64,000 nucleotides of DNA. Origin: Utricularia gibba. Lineage: Eukaryota; Plantae; Magnoliophyta. The stretch covers positions 2,790,001 to 2,854,000 of the forward strand of contig NEEC01000011.1 in NCBI GenBank assembly GCA_002189035.1. The letters are read 5' to 3'. Of this stretch, positions 1 through 12,946 are shown in pieces; positions within the stretch are counted from its first letter, which is position 1; every line of letters begins with the position of its first letter. The position numbers were made by a program, and so were the translations under genes. The notes below the pieces were generated by a model. The model searched no databases and was not told where the DNA came from. It was given only the letters and a program-made list of their open reading frames with translations.

Positions 1-1323
1 TCAAGAGAATCTGGTTGCTGAAGGATCGGTTGGCCGTGTTTATAGAGGAGTGTTTCCTAACGGAAAGGTAGCAGTTCTCTTCTCACTGACTTGTGTTCAT
101 AAAAAACTGCTCACTGGAGCATCTTGCTTCGCCCCAGGTAATGGCGATCAAGAAGATCGACAGTACAGCAGCGTCACTGCAGGAGGAAGACAACTTTCTT
201 GAAGCCATTTCAAACATGTCGCGCCTGAGGCATCCAAATATACTGGCATTGGTCGGATACTGTGCTGAGCATGGCCAACGCCTTCTGATACATGAATTCA
301 TGAGCAATGGGAGTCTGCAGGATATGCTGCATCTTGCTGATGACAGAAGCAAGCTATTGACATGGAATACTCGCGTTCGAATTGCGCTCGGAGCTGCTCG
401 AGCTCTGGAGTATGATCCTGCTATCCATCTCTTGCTGATAACAGAATCAAACATTCCATCACTTGCTGATCCCCTGCTTTCTTGGACAGGTACTTGCATG
501 AAGTGTGCCTGCCTTCTGTTGTGCACAGAAACCTCAAGTCATCCAACATTTTGCTTGACGAAGAGCTGAATCCGCATCTCTCGGACAGCGGACTAGCTGT
601 TTTAGCACCAGCTGCTGACAGGCAGGTAAGAAAATTTAGGAGGGGTGACACAGAATTCACCAATGAGCTTCCTTGAAGGCCTGTAACATATCCCCACACT
701 GCTTCCAGATTTCTTCAACGCAAATGGTTGGTTCATTTGGCTACTCCGCACCTGAATGTGCCTTCTCAGGAGTTTACACAGTAAAAAGCGATGTTTATAG
801 CTTCGGTGTGGTTATGCTGGAGCTTCTTACCGGGAGGAAGCCGCTGGATAGGTAACGCTTCATTCCCCTGCGTTCAAGGTTGCTACTGTTACTTCACCGT
901 GGTCATCACCATCTTACCATTTTCACAGTTCAAAGGCGAGATCTGAGCAATCGCTTGTAAGATGGGCGGCCCCTCAGCTACATGACATCGATGCTTTATC
1001 CAAGATGGTTGATCCTTCCCTAAACGGCATGTATCCTGCGAAGTCCTTGAGCTGCTTTGCGGATATCATAGCCCTCTGCATTCAGGTGAGTGTTCGAAAC
1101 AACCACTGGATGGATGTTTCTTTTCTGAGGAGCATTTAGAGAAGATCACCATAAGGCTTCTTTGAAAGTGCAGACTGAACCTGAGTTTCGCCCTCCGATG
1201 TCTGAAGTGGTCCAAGCGCTGGTTCGACTGATGCAACGAGCGAGTGTGATCAGAAGGCGCAGCAGCGAGGAGTACAGGTTTGCTTTCAGACTTCAGGAGC
1301 ATGAAGCTGGCGATGCAACGTAG
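1..1323 (+). CDS. SRF8: STRUBBELIG-receptor family LRR-RLK, kinase-domain exons (5' end outside window)
   Basis: Spliced exons ~1-68, 138-406, 491-624, 710-851, 930-1084, 1175-1323 give VMAIKKID...[24 protein letters not shown]...[33 protein letters not shown]...[23 protein letters not shown]; the C-terminus resembles SRF8. Confidence 0.9.
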
Positions 1324-1695
1324 GAGGCATGCTCCAGAGTACCTACACAGTTTTGTACACAACATCGATATGGCGTTGCTGAATGAAGAAGAAAAAGACC
1401 TAACATCCACCAAACGGGGAGCCAGGCGTGCGGATGACGTGATATCTTCTTCTCCATGTTGTCTGTTCTGGATTTACACAAGTTTGATCTTCAAATCACT
1501 TACATTGCTGAGTATATACATCCCTTGTGGCTTCCCGATTTCTATGTTCTGCATCTTATTCCTTGAAGAAAACAGATCAAGGTTCATATTCTCATTCGAA
1601 ATGCTTCAACATGGGAAGATTTTGGGAGGTTCCTGGCAGAAGATGGTACTACGAAGACACAGGTAGTGGAAAAAAAAAAAAAAAAACAGCTCAGC

Positions 1696-2578
1696 TCAGT
1701 ACCATGAATCCGAGGAGCATTCAGACCTCGCTCCGAGTTCCAGCAGCAAAGCGTGATTAAATTTATCGCCAAAATGACCAGCAAATTGGATCAAACCTAC
1801 AAACACATATGAAAGCATAATGATGCAAAGCCACCTTCAAATCTAATGCTACACTGGACAACTCTGCTTACCAGGACTAACTTATCGGTTGTTAAGAGCC
1901 CAATCTTCCCAAGAGGCTGTAATTTCTTGAATGGGGCACCTGTAAATGGCCATCATAAGTGCGCCAACAGTTCGTAGGCAACAAGAGGAATGTAAGTCGG
2001 CGATGCAAATTCTCAACATCTAACTCTGCCATGGCCTTCTCTATCACAGGCTTGAATTTACCTGCAGTATGTGTTATGTTTTGTAAAGCAATAAAAAGAA
2101 CAGAATCACCACAGAATAAAAATTAAGTAAGGCAATTACCTAAAGATTGAGAGACAGAAAACCTTAATAATCCATCGAAACCACCAAAATCAAATAAAAA
2201 TCCTTAAGATCCATTCACTTGAACATTCATGTCACACATTTACAGTCACATTCCCCTTCTCAACTATAAAGTCGTCTTCAGAATCAAAAGCAAGACAAAA
2301 ACAAACATGCCTACGCCTCACAAGCAAATGGCATGCATGCAACCACGCCCCATCATAACGCATCACCAAGCAAGATCCCAAGTAATCACAGGGATTCCGG
2401 CGGCAGAACTAGGGGAACCAGGGACGACCTTAAATGGGCCCTTGAAGACGGAGGGGAGTGGAATGCATTGATCCAGGCGACTGTTCTGAACTTCACTATA
2501 AACGGAGGCGAATCATCCGGTGGATGGAGATTTAACAGCCGCTTCGCCCCCGTTTGGCACCGATGCAGCCGCCACCAT
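1696..2578 (-). pseudogene. PFP-BETA: Pyrophosphate:fructose-6-phosphate 1-phosphotransferase beta subunit pseudogene (exon 1 plus last three exons only)
   Basis: 2578-2389 reads MVAAASVPNGGEAAVKSPSTG*FASVYSEVQNSRLDQCIPLPSVFKGPFKVVPGSPSSAAG. Downstream exon remnants read GKFKPVIEKAMAELD (~2060-2020), GAPFKK..EDWALNNR*VSPG (~1940-1872) and LIQFAGHFGDKFNHALLLELGA (1796-1696). Two in-frame stops; middle exons absent. Confidence 0.88.
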
Positions 2579-2971
2579 GTCCGTTTCTTCAGTGGTTTTC
2601 TCGGAGCCCGCGCAATTCTTGTTGCGTAGTTTTTCCGGAGCAGGACGCCTGTACCTGACACTTCTCGTGAACCACCAACCAAGTACAATAATATAAGCCG
2701 TGAGAACAAAATAAAAGCACACATTTGGGCCCACTTAATGGGCCTGGCCCAATATCAGCTGAAGGAAAGGGCCAATTTAGTACAACCTAACGATCAGCGT
2801 CATACCTAATTTCAATAAAATAATATATTACTTATTATATTTGCAATAAAATTAATTTAAAATGCCAAAGAAATTACAAATCATTTTAAAATCTGTACAT
2901 TTTAAATAACATTTACAATTATTCTTCCACAAAAATGAACAAGTAGGCGTGGGGGGCATCTTCTGCTCTGC

Positions 2972-3918
2972 TCATGACGCCGCCGTTAATTTCCGGAATC
3001 CGTCTTCTCCGGCACCACCGTCTCCGGCATCCTTACTACAATTAAACGAACTCCAATTCACCGCAGCAAACGTCACCCGCAGCTTTCCCGACGATTCCTC
3101 CGGCACAAAACCGGAAACTTCGTTCGTCGTTCGTCTGTACGTCCCGAACCATTTAGTCTGCATATACTCCACGCGCCGCCATGGCGGAATACTGATTCCG
3201 GAAACCTTCATCGAGGCTTTCATGGCAGAGCACATAGTCGATACCAACTTCTTCATGTTCGCATGTTTTGCTATGTACACTTGAGGAAACATCTCCAGCA
3301 AAGAAGAGTACTTTGGCGTGGGCCGGGCGATCGTGAATTCACATGCCAGACCAACTTCCACTATGTAACGCGTACCGCCGCTGTTCACGTCGATGTAATC
3401 GTAGCTCCCCGGCGGACGGCGGCCGTTTTTTCCCCACTTCGATTTGCAGAGCCCTACAAAAGGAGAAAATAACACTGTTGCTAAGTTGAATTGTTGGAAA
3501 GTAATTAAATCATCTCCCATTGTCAACATTCAACAGGAAAACCCACCGGCGTCAAGCCCGAGCCGCCGAAGCCGAGCCATCAGCAGCCGCTTAAACTCCG
3601 GCAGAGCAGTCTCCCCTAAAAGCTCCCCCGCGCCTTCTCCACCGCTCCAATTATTTCCCGATCACATTCCGAATACAACAAGCTCTTCAATTTCAACAAA
3701 TCAACCGACTCCAGATTCCGCGATTGAAGCCCTAATTCCTCATCCTCAGGTGGAGCACTATCAATCGTCTCATCCCCTTCGATTCCCCCCTCCAGAAAAG
3801 AGTTCACAAGGTGATCCAAGTCCGCCGAATGCTCACTGCCGCTGCTTTCGCAGGGCTTCCAACGCGCCGCCGCATCAAAAGCCGCCGCCGTCTTCGTGAA
3901 CCTCGCGGGGATCTTCAT
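2972..3918 (-). CDS. DUF506 (plant PDDEXK-like) family protein, 2 exons
   Basis: SGSEHSADLDHLVNSFLE, FKRLLMARLRRLGLDAG|LCKSKW, GSYDYIDV, FTIARPT, PPWRRVEYMQTKW; intron 3454-3546; one -1 frameshift in the homopolymer run at 3625-3629. Confidence 0.9.
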
Positions 3919-5525
3919 GATTCCGATCGCGATGAATAGGCGCTCCTCCTATCCTCAGCTATATACATACATTCACAGGCGCTGTGATGGAAGGAAAAGG
4001 TGTTGCAGGATGTCGCCAAAATGGAGCCACAGTGTCGAAAGAATGAACACATCCTTGGGCCATTTACACACAATATATAGGGAGAAAGCGGAAATGTATC
4101 TGACTCAAGAAAGGCGTCCAAGTTCATCCCGGAATGAATGAGTTCAGGTTCAGGGCTACCGAGAAAATAGGCTATTCGCTCAGGTTGGGCATGTTCCATT
4201 TGGGTCACTTCACAAAAACAAAAAATATATATATAATTAATATATAATTATTTATTAAATTTATATTTTAAATATTTTTATTTTTCATTATTTGAGTATT
4301 AAATATAATTAGTTTCTATTATTGAATACACTAGGTACAATTAATTAGAGATTAATTTTATAAATTTTTCAAATAATTAAAAATTACTACTATCAATTAT
4401 TTTAAATATTGAATATTTTTATATCAAAATAGTGAATATTGAATTATTGGAAATAATTTTAATTTGTCATAAGACTAATTATATCAAATTATTAAAATAG
4501 TGGAGAACAACGATAACAAATATTCATTCTATTGCATTTTATTCACAAATTCCAATTATTCTTGTTTTAAAAAAAAACTAATAAATATTTAAAAATATTT
4601 TTTTAATTTTAATAAATACTAAAATCTAATTTATATTATATTAAATACATCATTCTTGTTATTTGGACTCATGACTGATTAGAAGCCGGCGGGGCCGAGA
4701 ACGAGACGCCGCATATGGTGAGGTCCCACGTGTCGCGTCCTAAAAAGGCGTCCACATTCATTGCGGTTCTCCCATGCCCTAAAAGAGCCGTGCACCTTCC
4801 CGTAGCCTATGGGTAGATTCATTCATTTTGATGTAACGCTGATGGGCATGCATGGTGATGATGGAATTGGACGGTCAGGATGTTATCATTATTTTTCCTA
4901 AACGCTCACTATCGAAATGGCTTTTAGCGAAAGTGAAGTGGCGGACACGTCACAAAAGCGTAATTTAAAAATAATTTATTCTGATAATAAATATTACATG
5001 TGAAACGAGACACCGTAGCTGACACCTCTGATCACGCTCGGTAAATGGGGTGACGCCCCCACTGGAACGCGTCGACACTCAAGTGCCGTGTCCGAGCATC
5101 CCCCGTGTCGACGTTTCACGGTCAAGAAACCGGCAAAGCTCCACGGCACGTGCCAATTTCTTCTTTATCAATAATTATTTTTCAAAAATAAACATAAATG
5201 ATTTGTCAACTATAATTAGTGATGCGCCCGTCGTTTTCAGTGATGTGATATTTATTATATTTTGTCTGTGGCCGGAAAACCCATCGCCAATCGGAGCAAC
5301 TCACCTTAACTTGACTGCATCGGGTAACCGTGAATTGAATGTGAGGAGCGTCAGGATGCATTCAATCTCCCCCGAGGTGCGTGCAGAACAACACACTCAC
5401 ATCTCGGCTTTAGCGCAACTTTATAAACCGAGAATCCTTCATGGTAATTTGTGTTGGTGGGTCGTTCTGTATATGCATATGAGGCTTGGATTGTTCGGCA
5501 CCTCTTCTTTCGAAATCATCGCGAA

Positions 5526-6330
5526 ATGAGTTATCTCAGCATCGGTGTGAGTCCCAGTAATGTTATCCCTGCATCCCATGGGAGAAACTTGGGGCTGATT
5601 GATCGGAGGGTGAGGATTACAGAGTTGTCGCTAAGGTGTTTGATAAGTGTCCTAGCTGTAGTTTCTGCTGTTCTTGTGGGAACCGACTCGGAGGTGAAGC
5701 AGATTTTCACTTTTCGGAAAAGGGCAAAGTTTACTGACATGAAAGCACTTGTGTGAGTTCTCATTATTGTGAAAAGATCGATGCTTGTGTGGCCATTGTT
5801 GTGTAACACTTGACTTCATCTTAGGTTGGTGATGGTAGCCGATGGGATTGTTGCTGTGTATTCTCAGCTTCATATTTGTAGGTGCGTTAAAGCATTGATC
5901 ACAGGATCGCTAATGCTCAACAAGCCCTTAGCCTGGGCCATTTTCTCCGGTGATCAGGTGAGCTTGAAACCAGTATTGAATTATCAATAACAAAGAGTAG
6001 TCTTTACACTTCAGACCGCAATTCTGTTGGTCAGATGATGGCTTACCTAATGGTGGCAGCTGTGGCTGCTGCACTACAGACGGCGGCGCTGGGGAAATGG
6101 GGCAGCAGCAGATGGCGTGGTCGAAACTCTGCGATATGTACGGGAAGTTCTGCTATCGGATGGGCGAAGGCATTGCCGGAGCTTTGGTGGTGAGTGTTGC
6201 CACGGTGTTGGTGTCTTCTCTCTCGGCCTTCAGCCTGTTCCGGTTGTACGGCCACAAGAACACGACCGGGAACCGGAAAGTAAGCGAAGGCGACGCCAGA
6301 TCCCTTGACTGGGGAGCCCAATTCTCATGA
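5526..6330 (+). CDS. CASPL2B1: CASP-like protein, 2B clade, 3 exons
   Basis: MSYLSIGVSPSNV...LIDRRVRITELSLRC...KRAKFTDMKALV...KPLAWAIFSGDQ...WSKLCDMYGKFC; -1 frameshift in AAA at 6095-6097. Confidence 0.88.
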
Positions 6331-7327
6331 GCTCTCTTGCTTTTTTGTGAAGTGTGGCCTTCTACTTAGTTTCCCAATGAAATAAATGGCAATGCTTTGA
6401 ATACACTCTTGATTGGATTCTATTCAATTCAAATCCATCATATTTTAGCAGATGTTCTTTAATTTGAAGCTATGTTTTAGATTATGTAAAATATAATTAA
6501 TTTTAAGATTATGTAAATAAAATCAGTTTGAAATTATAAAAATATTTTGTGGAATAATATAACATTATATTAAAAATTTTAATAAATTAAAATATATATT
6601 ATAAAATTTAATGTATTAGATTATTATATAATATAATATTATGATATAAATTTATTTTTAAAATAAATAAAAAGTAAATATTATAATATTTTAATTAACC
6701 TCTTATGTAATTTCTATAATATAGATTTAATAAATTCAATAATTTTTGAAATTAATTACATAATCTGAATTTTTTATTTTATGACATAACAACTGAATAT
6801 TAGAATCTTTAAAAATTAAAGAGAATCACTTCATAAATTCATAACATAAACACGCCCTTATATGTTGCAAGTATGAGTCATTTTTTGGAGGTTTATTTTA
6901 ATTTGGTTATTAAATAAATCTATTATAATACAATACAAAATGAAATCGAAAAAAACGATAAACATTTGAAACAAATTTGAATACTGGTTATTAATTATTC
7001 ATGATAATATAAAAAAATATAAGTAATTGAATAATTTTTTATTATTTAAATTATTTAAAAAAAAGGTGCTATACACAACTGTGTTCCTTCAACGGGGTGG
7101 TACAAAGGATTCATGGTATCTGTCTGAAACTACTGAAGATGGTTAGAATGTGAAGGTGGCAAATAGTACGGTTACCTTGTATCTTCTTGCTGTCACAGAA
7201 GAACCGGGGGCTGGTCTCTAACTCCGGCACCGGAACGAGTTCTCTGCTCTCTTATTCAAAGCAATGCAGATTACAATACCTTTTGTATGTATGTGAAAAT
7301 GTACAGCCCACTGGAAACAGGTACATA

Positions 7328-7963
7328 TCAGGAGAGAGCTGTTGCAGCAGCTCCCTCCTCCGGGATCTGGTTTTTCCGATGGATCGGTCTCAAGTAGAGG
7401 GTTCCCGTCGTGTACGACCGTGCGCCTTCGTCTCTGTGAGCCAACCTCAGTGTTGCGTTTTCCCCGGTGAATGATTCTCCACAGGGGGAGCCTCTTGGAA
7501 CGCGGTGGAGCTTGACCAGGCACGTGGTTTCTAGGCTGGGAATGGCGTGGAGATGGGAGGGGAGGTCGATGATGAACTCGCCGTGACGATCTGATCTCCC
7601 CTTCACCAATGATTTCTTATTTTTGACAGCTCTTCCGCACCAGACGGCCACCGATGCCCCTGCAACGTTGCGATCATTCACGTCAATCTGTAGAATATTG
7701 GTCGCGTACGCCTGAGTTTGTTTACCTGAGACAGGAATCCGATGACCAGAGTATTTTCGACCGGTGGCGGCTTGACACAGAATCTTTCCGGTGATGATGA
7801 CGGTGGAAAGCTTGTCTTCTCCATACCCAGCCCACTTCACCATCTCCCTCCTGCCGGTGATCTCCTCCACGATTGCATCCTCCGCCGCGCCGCCCATCGC
7901 ACGATTCTCGAAGGTGAAGAAGACAAGCAACAGCAGCAAGAGAATCTTACTCACAAACTCCAT
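7328..7963 (-). CDS. Pollen Ole e 1 allergen/extensin family secreted protein, 2 exons
   Basis: Hydrophobic signal peptide, EMVKWAGYGEDKLSTVIITGKILC, GASVAVWC, GEFIIDLPSHLHAIP..C; 66-nt GT-AG intron 7660-7725. Confidence 0.85.
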   Translation of the reverse strand: MEFVSKILLLLLLVFFTFENRAMGGAAEDAIVEEITGRREMVKWAGYGEDKLSTVIITGKILCQAATGRKYSGHRIPVSGKQTQAYATNILQIDVNDRNVAGASVAVWCGRAVKNKKSLVKGRSDRHGEFIIDLPSHLHAIPSLETTCLVKLHRVPRGSPCGESFTGENATLRLAHRDEGARSYTTGTLYLRPIHRKNQIPEEGAAATALS

Positions 7964-9191
7964 GTGAAACAGAAACCGCTCATCCGGCGACAAAACTCTT
8001 TCCCTTTCTTATGAGAATGCAGCGGTGCAAAGAACCTCAAGCCGCCATCGGAATGTACTTTCGTCTATAAGTGTACTCGAAATGGATCTGAATACGATGA
8101 TGTTCCTTTAGACTTGGGTTAACCCAATCGTGATTTTACTATTCTACCCTCCACCAACGCCCCCCTGATGCCTGCGTTGCAACTCCATAGCTTTTCTTGA
8201 CATCTTCCGCGTGTCCAATGTCAGACGTATCGGACGCGGACACGCCCCTTAATCTTTTACTTTACTCGAATTGGGCATCAGGATTTAAATGCAAGGGAGT
8301 GCTGAACCGGGGGGGTCTGGTTGGTGGCCTAATGCCATCACATTCGGCATCCGGTAACGTCGTCTAAGTTGGTTGATCAGTTTCGAGCACAGTTTAGGTT
8401 AACAATAAACCTAAACTTTTGGTATCAGACCCCCGCAATGAGTCGAGGCTCGATGAATCGTACAGATATCTTGTACGAGATATTTTTCTTATAATATAAG
8501 AACTAAAACTTAAGGGCCGATGAACATTCGTGTTAATCAAATTAAAATTACAAAAAATCATTCTATATAAATTGTCTATTCATTTTATTTATAATATAAA
8601 TAGATCTTTACATGTTTTCTTGGGTCGGACCCTTACTTATCCTTTTAAATTTTTACGTTCTCATTGAGATTTGTCCCAACATCAATTATGTGTTCAATTT
8701 TGATTTTGATATCAAATATAATGATCTATCATCTCTTTGTTTGATATTGTTCGTTTTAAATAATCAACCCTCATGATTTTATACCAATTTGGTTTCGATG
8801 TTGATTTGATTCCATAACTAAGTGAAATTAACAGTTAAAACATCAAAAAATATAAGTTTCCAAATTTTATGAATGTTTACAAATATTTGATGATCAAACC
8901 TACCCTAAAAGATGAATGCACAAAAAATAAAAAGAAAATTAGAGTTTATTTTTTTGTTAAGTTATCAAGTTGTTGAGAAATAGTAATTTATTTGGTTAAA
9001 AAAAAAGGAAAATTGGAGTATTTATTTTGTTTTGGAGCTTCCGGCATGGTCTTTTGGCCCAAGGGGTTACTTGATCCGTCTTCTGGTTGTTCGGACTGCG
9101 ACTGCCGTTTCTGATTCGGAAGCTGACGACGAGGGATGATGGGCGGCGCGTTTGATGCTCCGTCGACTTGAATAACCAGAGGCGGAAGCAG

Positions 9192-11837
9192 CTACTCGCC
9201 CTTCACCATCATCGAATGATGGGCGACGCGTTTGATCTCCACAAATGTGGAAAAATTGTTGTTTATGGGCTGCTTCCATGGCTCCCCATCCATCTGCAAG
9301 TACGCCTGGCTCCACTCGCCGCCTCTTAGCTCAAAACGAATCGCCGACGCCTGAGCAAAATCCCGTAAGCAACACACAGACTAGCATATGATCTGGGTGT
9401 GTGGCACTTGCCTACCTGTGTTATGTGTTTGGCATTGATGAGCTCCACCATGACCATAGAAGCATGCCACCCTTCTTTGAAGCCGAACACCTCGAGAATG
9501 CCATCATCAGCTTGAGCCTCGACGAATCCCCTCTGTGTCAAGGAAGCGAGCCAATGTAAATAAGCTCTCTCATGGGGGATTACTGTGGAGGAGAGTTTCT
9601 TACCTTCTCCAGATACTCAGGTTTCAAATGACCCCATGGGTTTCTACCACTTCCGTAGCTGGGAAGATTGAGGGCAATGATGGACCTCACACTGCAATCC
9701 ATGGATGCTGACAAGAGTAAATGAAAACAGAAGATGATGGCAGAAGGGGAGTCAAGATTTTCTTTTGGGGTGTGGGGCAACCTAGAAGGCACAGGAACTT
9801 GCTCCCACTTTGAAGAATTGACCTTTTTAGCATATATCCTTAGGATATTCTTCAAGCTCCTGAACAGCAAGGATCAGAGAGCTGGTTAAGCAGCTGAAAG
9901 ACTTTGTTTTGAAGAAAATCAGCTGTCAGGGCTGGCTCACAAGATGGGCTAGACCTTAAACCTGGATCACTGCTACATGGAGTGAAGAACCATCCTTGTG
10001 TGCAGCTGTATCCGGAGTAAATCAACTGCACTCACAAAACAATTGATACTATCACCTACCATCGAAATCATAACTGTCTTTAAACATTAATACAAGTCCT
10101 TCAACAGGCATGTAGTCCATCCATAGCATTGGGGAGTGACTGTTATGAAATCCGTACCTTGTTTGCGATGGGACCCTGAGCGAGGTAAGGCTTCTCATTG
10201 CGCAGGGTATGAAATCCGTAGGCTACTTGGGCATCCATTCCTTAATAAATTTAACACGGGGTATGAATCCTCAATAAACAGAGCATTTCAATGAACTCAA
10301 TGATACAAACCTATGCTGAAGTAATTATAGTAGACTCCTTGATAGCAGAAAACCTTCTCAGGCAGCTCTGCATCTACTTCAAGATCCTGAAAATGGGATT
10401 TTAACTGGGGGTTTGAATGAGGTTCGTTGTAAATGAACAAAAACAATATATTTGAAACATTTAGGATAAACGAAAACCATCCAGCTGGATGGGATGGGAT
10501 GTATTCACATGGACTGCTGAAGACTGTAGACCCCTTAGATTTAAAATGTGCCAAAGATCAGAAATTAGGCTTTATATACTCACCGAGTCAAAAGGAGATT
10601 CGTCCGTTGCTTTAAGAGAATAAGAAATGTTCAACTCTTCACTAGCAGGCGTTGATATCAAAACATGCCAACTGCATCACCACAGATGTACTCATGAAAG
10701 CATGCAACATCATAAATCTGAGCACAAGTATTCAGGGAGTATTGCACATTTAAATCTAGACTAAAGGCAAGGAAAACAATATGCCCTCAGCATGATGCAC
10801 TGATAGTTGAAGGTGGCGAGCTAATAAAATCACCTATCAAGGTGAGCAACAGGCCCATTGGCAATCTTGCCCAAGGTTCTTTTAACAGCTGCCTTCCAGT
10901 TAAAAGGAAATGAACCTCCCTGAAAGGACCCTTTGCAAGATATAAGAGAACCTGCATCAAGTCAAAATGCAAGGCGACATATTACCCATCCAAAACTTCG
11001 TGATAAGTCATTTCCTGTGCCAAGTGGTATGATCCCAGTTGGTGGTATGGGAAGACGGCCCTGCTTGTTTAAATCTCCAAGACATCCAAGGATCCAGCCA
11101 ACAGTACCATCACCTCCAGCCACCTAAGACCCCTTGTGCTATAAGTTTCCGATGTGCAAGTTTCTTCTGAAAAAGCACTAATATTTGAAGAATGAGAAAG
11201 CCAGGGTATGAAACATACCACAACCCTGAGCTTTTCACGGACTTCTTTTGCACATGCGTCTCCCCGACTAGCAAACTTCTCCAGGCATCCCAAACCCAGC
11301 TCAACAAATACATGAGGTTTCACAATTGAAAGGTCAAATACCTGAATATTTTTCAAGAAAACAGGACAACTGACCACTTCAACATCTGATGGAGCATTTA
11401 AGTTGAAATAAGAACATTTCATCGAGAAAGTTGAGAAAAAAGACAAAACACCTGAAACAATAAATAAATCAGCGAATGTACTCAAGAAAAACCTGCTCTT
11501 CTCCCATGAGTTCCTGAAGGCGGATTCTAAGCTCCGGTCCAAGGCGGCCTCCACTCTTGGAATTGATAAACACAACCAATGGGGACTCAGGCGCCTCTGC
11601 CGGCTCCGCTCCTTTCGCGTGAGCCATCTCGTAAAGCTGAGCCACGGTTGGGGCGTCAACGTCATTGGCCTGAATCGCCTCCCTCATTGCGAGCCTCAAA
11701 TACTCCGGGAACGTGATCTTTTTCTTCAACTCCTCCTTAGAGATCCTAACGCTGGTAATCGCGTAGCCCCATAGAGAATCCGTGAAAGAGGAGCGCGCCG
11801 AACCCGAAGGATCGGTCGGCGTTTCCGGAGGGTTCAT
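9192..11837 (-). CDS. DGK7: Diacylglycerol kinase (DGK3/4/7 clade), multi-exon
   Basis: [82 protein letters not shown]; exact paralog assignment is uncertain. Confidence 0.9.
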
Positions 11838-12946
11838 ACTCTGTCAGCGATCGATATCAGCCACCCACCAACGGCGATACTGGCCGGCGAATCCTTTCCG
11901 ACGTAGTTGGGGTTACAAGATCGGCTCTGCCCATTGGCCATACGCTTCTCGTAAACCTGCGAAAGCCCAATTATTTCCACTAACAAAATTTTAATAAAAT
12001 AAAATAAATTATTATACTTTACCACATATATTTTTCTATACATTAGAAATTAATATCTTCTTAATAAAAAATACATTTTTTGATTTCTATCCTTTTTGAA
12101 TTATACAATATTTTTTCTAATTAAATTTTAAAAATTAAATTTCTCAAATGTAATTTTGAATTTAGTATTGCACAAAAGTGGATAAAAATAGCAATTTGAG
12201 GTTCCTTGTAGGCATTTTGATGACACAATCAACCTATATGTGATATAAAAATATTTTTTATATTGAATACTTTATTTTAATTACGTGTTTTTAATTTCAT
12301 CTGTTAAATATCTAATTAATTTTTTTATTAACTTTATATTTATGATAAAAATACATGAGGTATGAGGTATTTTTAATTAAGTATATAGTATTACAAGTAT
12401 TTTAATAATAAATGTTTTTTAAAAAATAATATTATCTATAAAATACAATTATTTTTTTTAAATTATTATTTAATTTTTTACATAAATAAGTATCATCCAT
12501 ATTTAATATTGACCAAATTAAAGCAGCCTTAATAAAGAAAGTCCACTCAAAATAGATTTTTTTTGGAATATTTAGGAGACAACTATTTTTGAAAAGTAAC
12601 CATTATGGTTTTCTCTCACACAGTAAAATCAAATTTTTATATATATGATGATTGCTTTTTTCATATTTTTTTTAAGAAAATTCATTTGAAACACAAAGAG
12701 ATTTGAATATAGATTGATTATTGGAATTTAATTTCAAAGATTAGATACAAGGAATCTATTTTCAAAATTCAGAATAAAAAACATCATAAACTAAATCCAA
12801 CAGAAAGTAACATCTTATAGTTTAAATTTAAATACATATAAAATAATTATATATGCGATATAAAATGTGAAAAAGAAATAGAAGCTATAAAAAAGGAAGA
12901 TGAAGAAAGTTTAACGGAATTCAGATCTCAGAAAAACGAGAAGAAG

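Noticed and set aside
857-868. miR166-like GCTTCATTCCCC in an SRF8 intron
   Set aside because: Only the 3' 12 nt match and there is no fold-back partner.
8420-8429. TGGTATCAGA resembling an LTR/pararetrovirus tRNA-Met primer-binding site
   Set aside because: Match stops at 10 nt, with no adjacent LTR end (TG...CA), polypurine tract or retroelement ORF.
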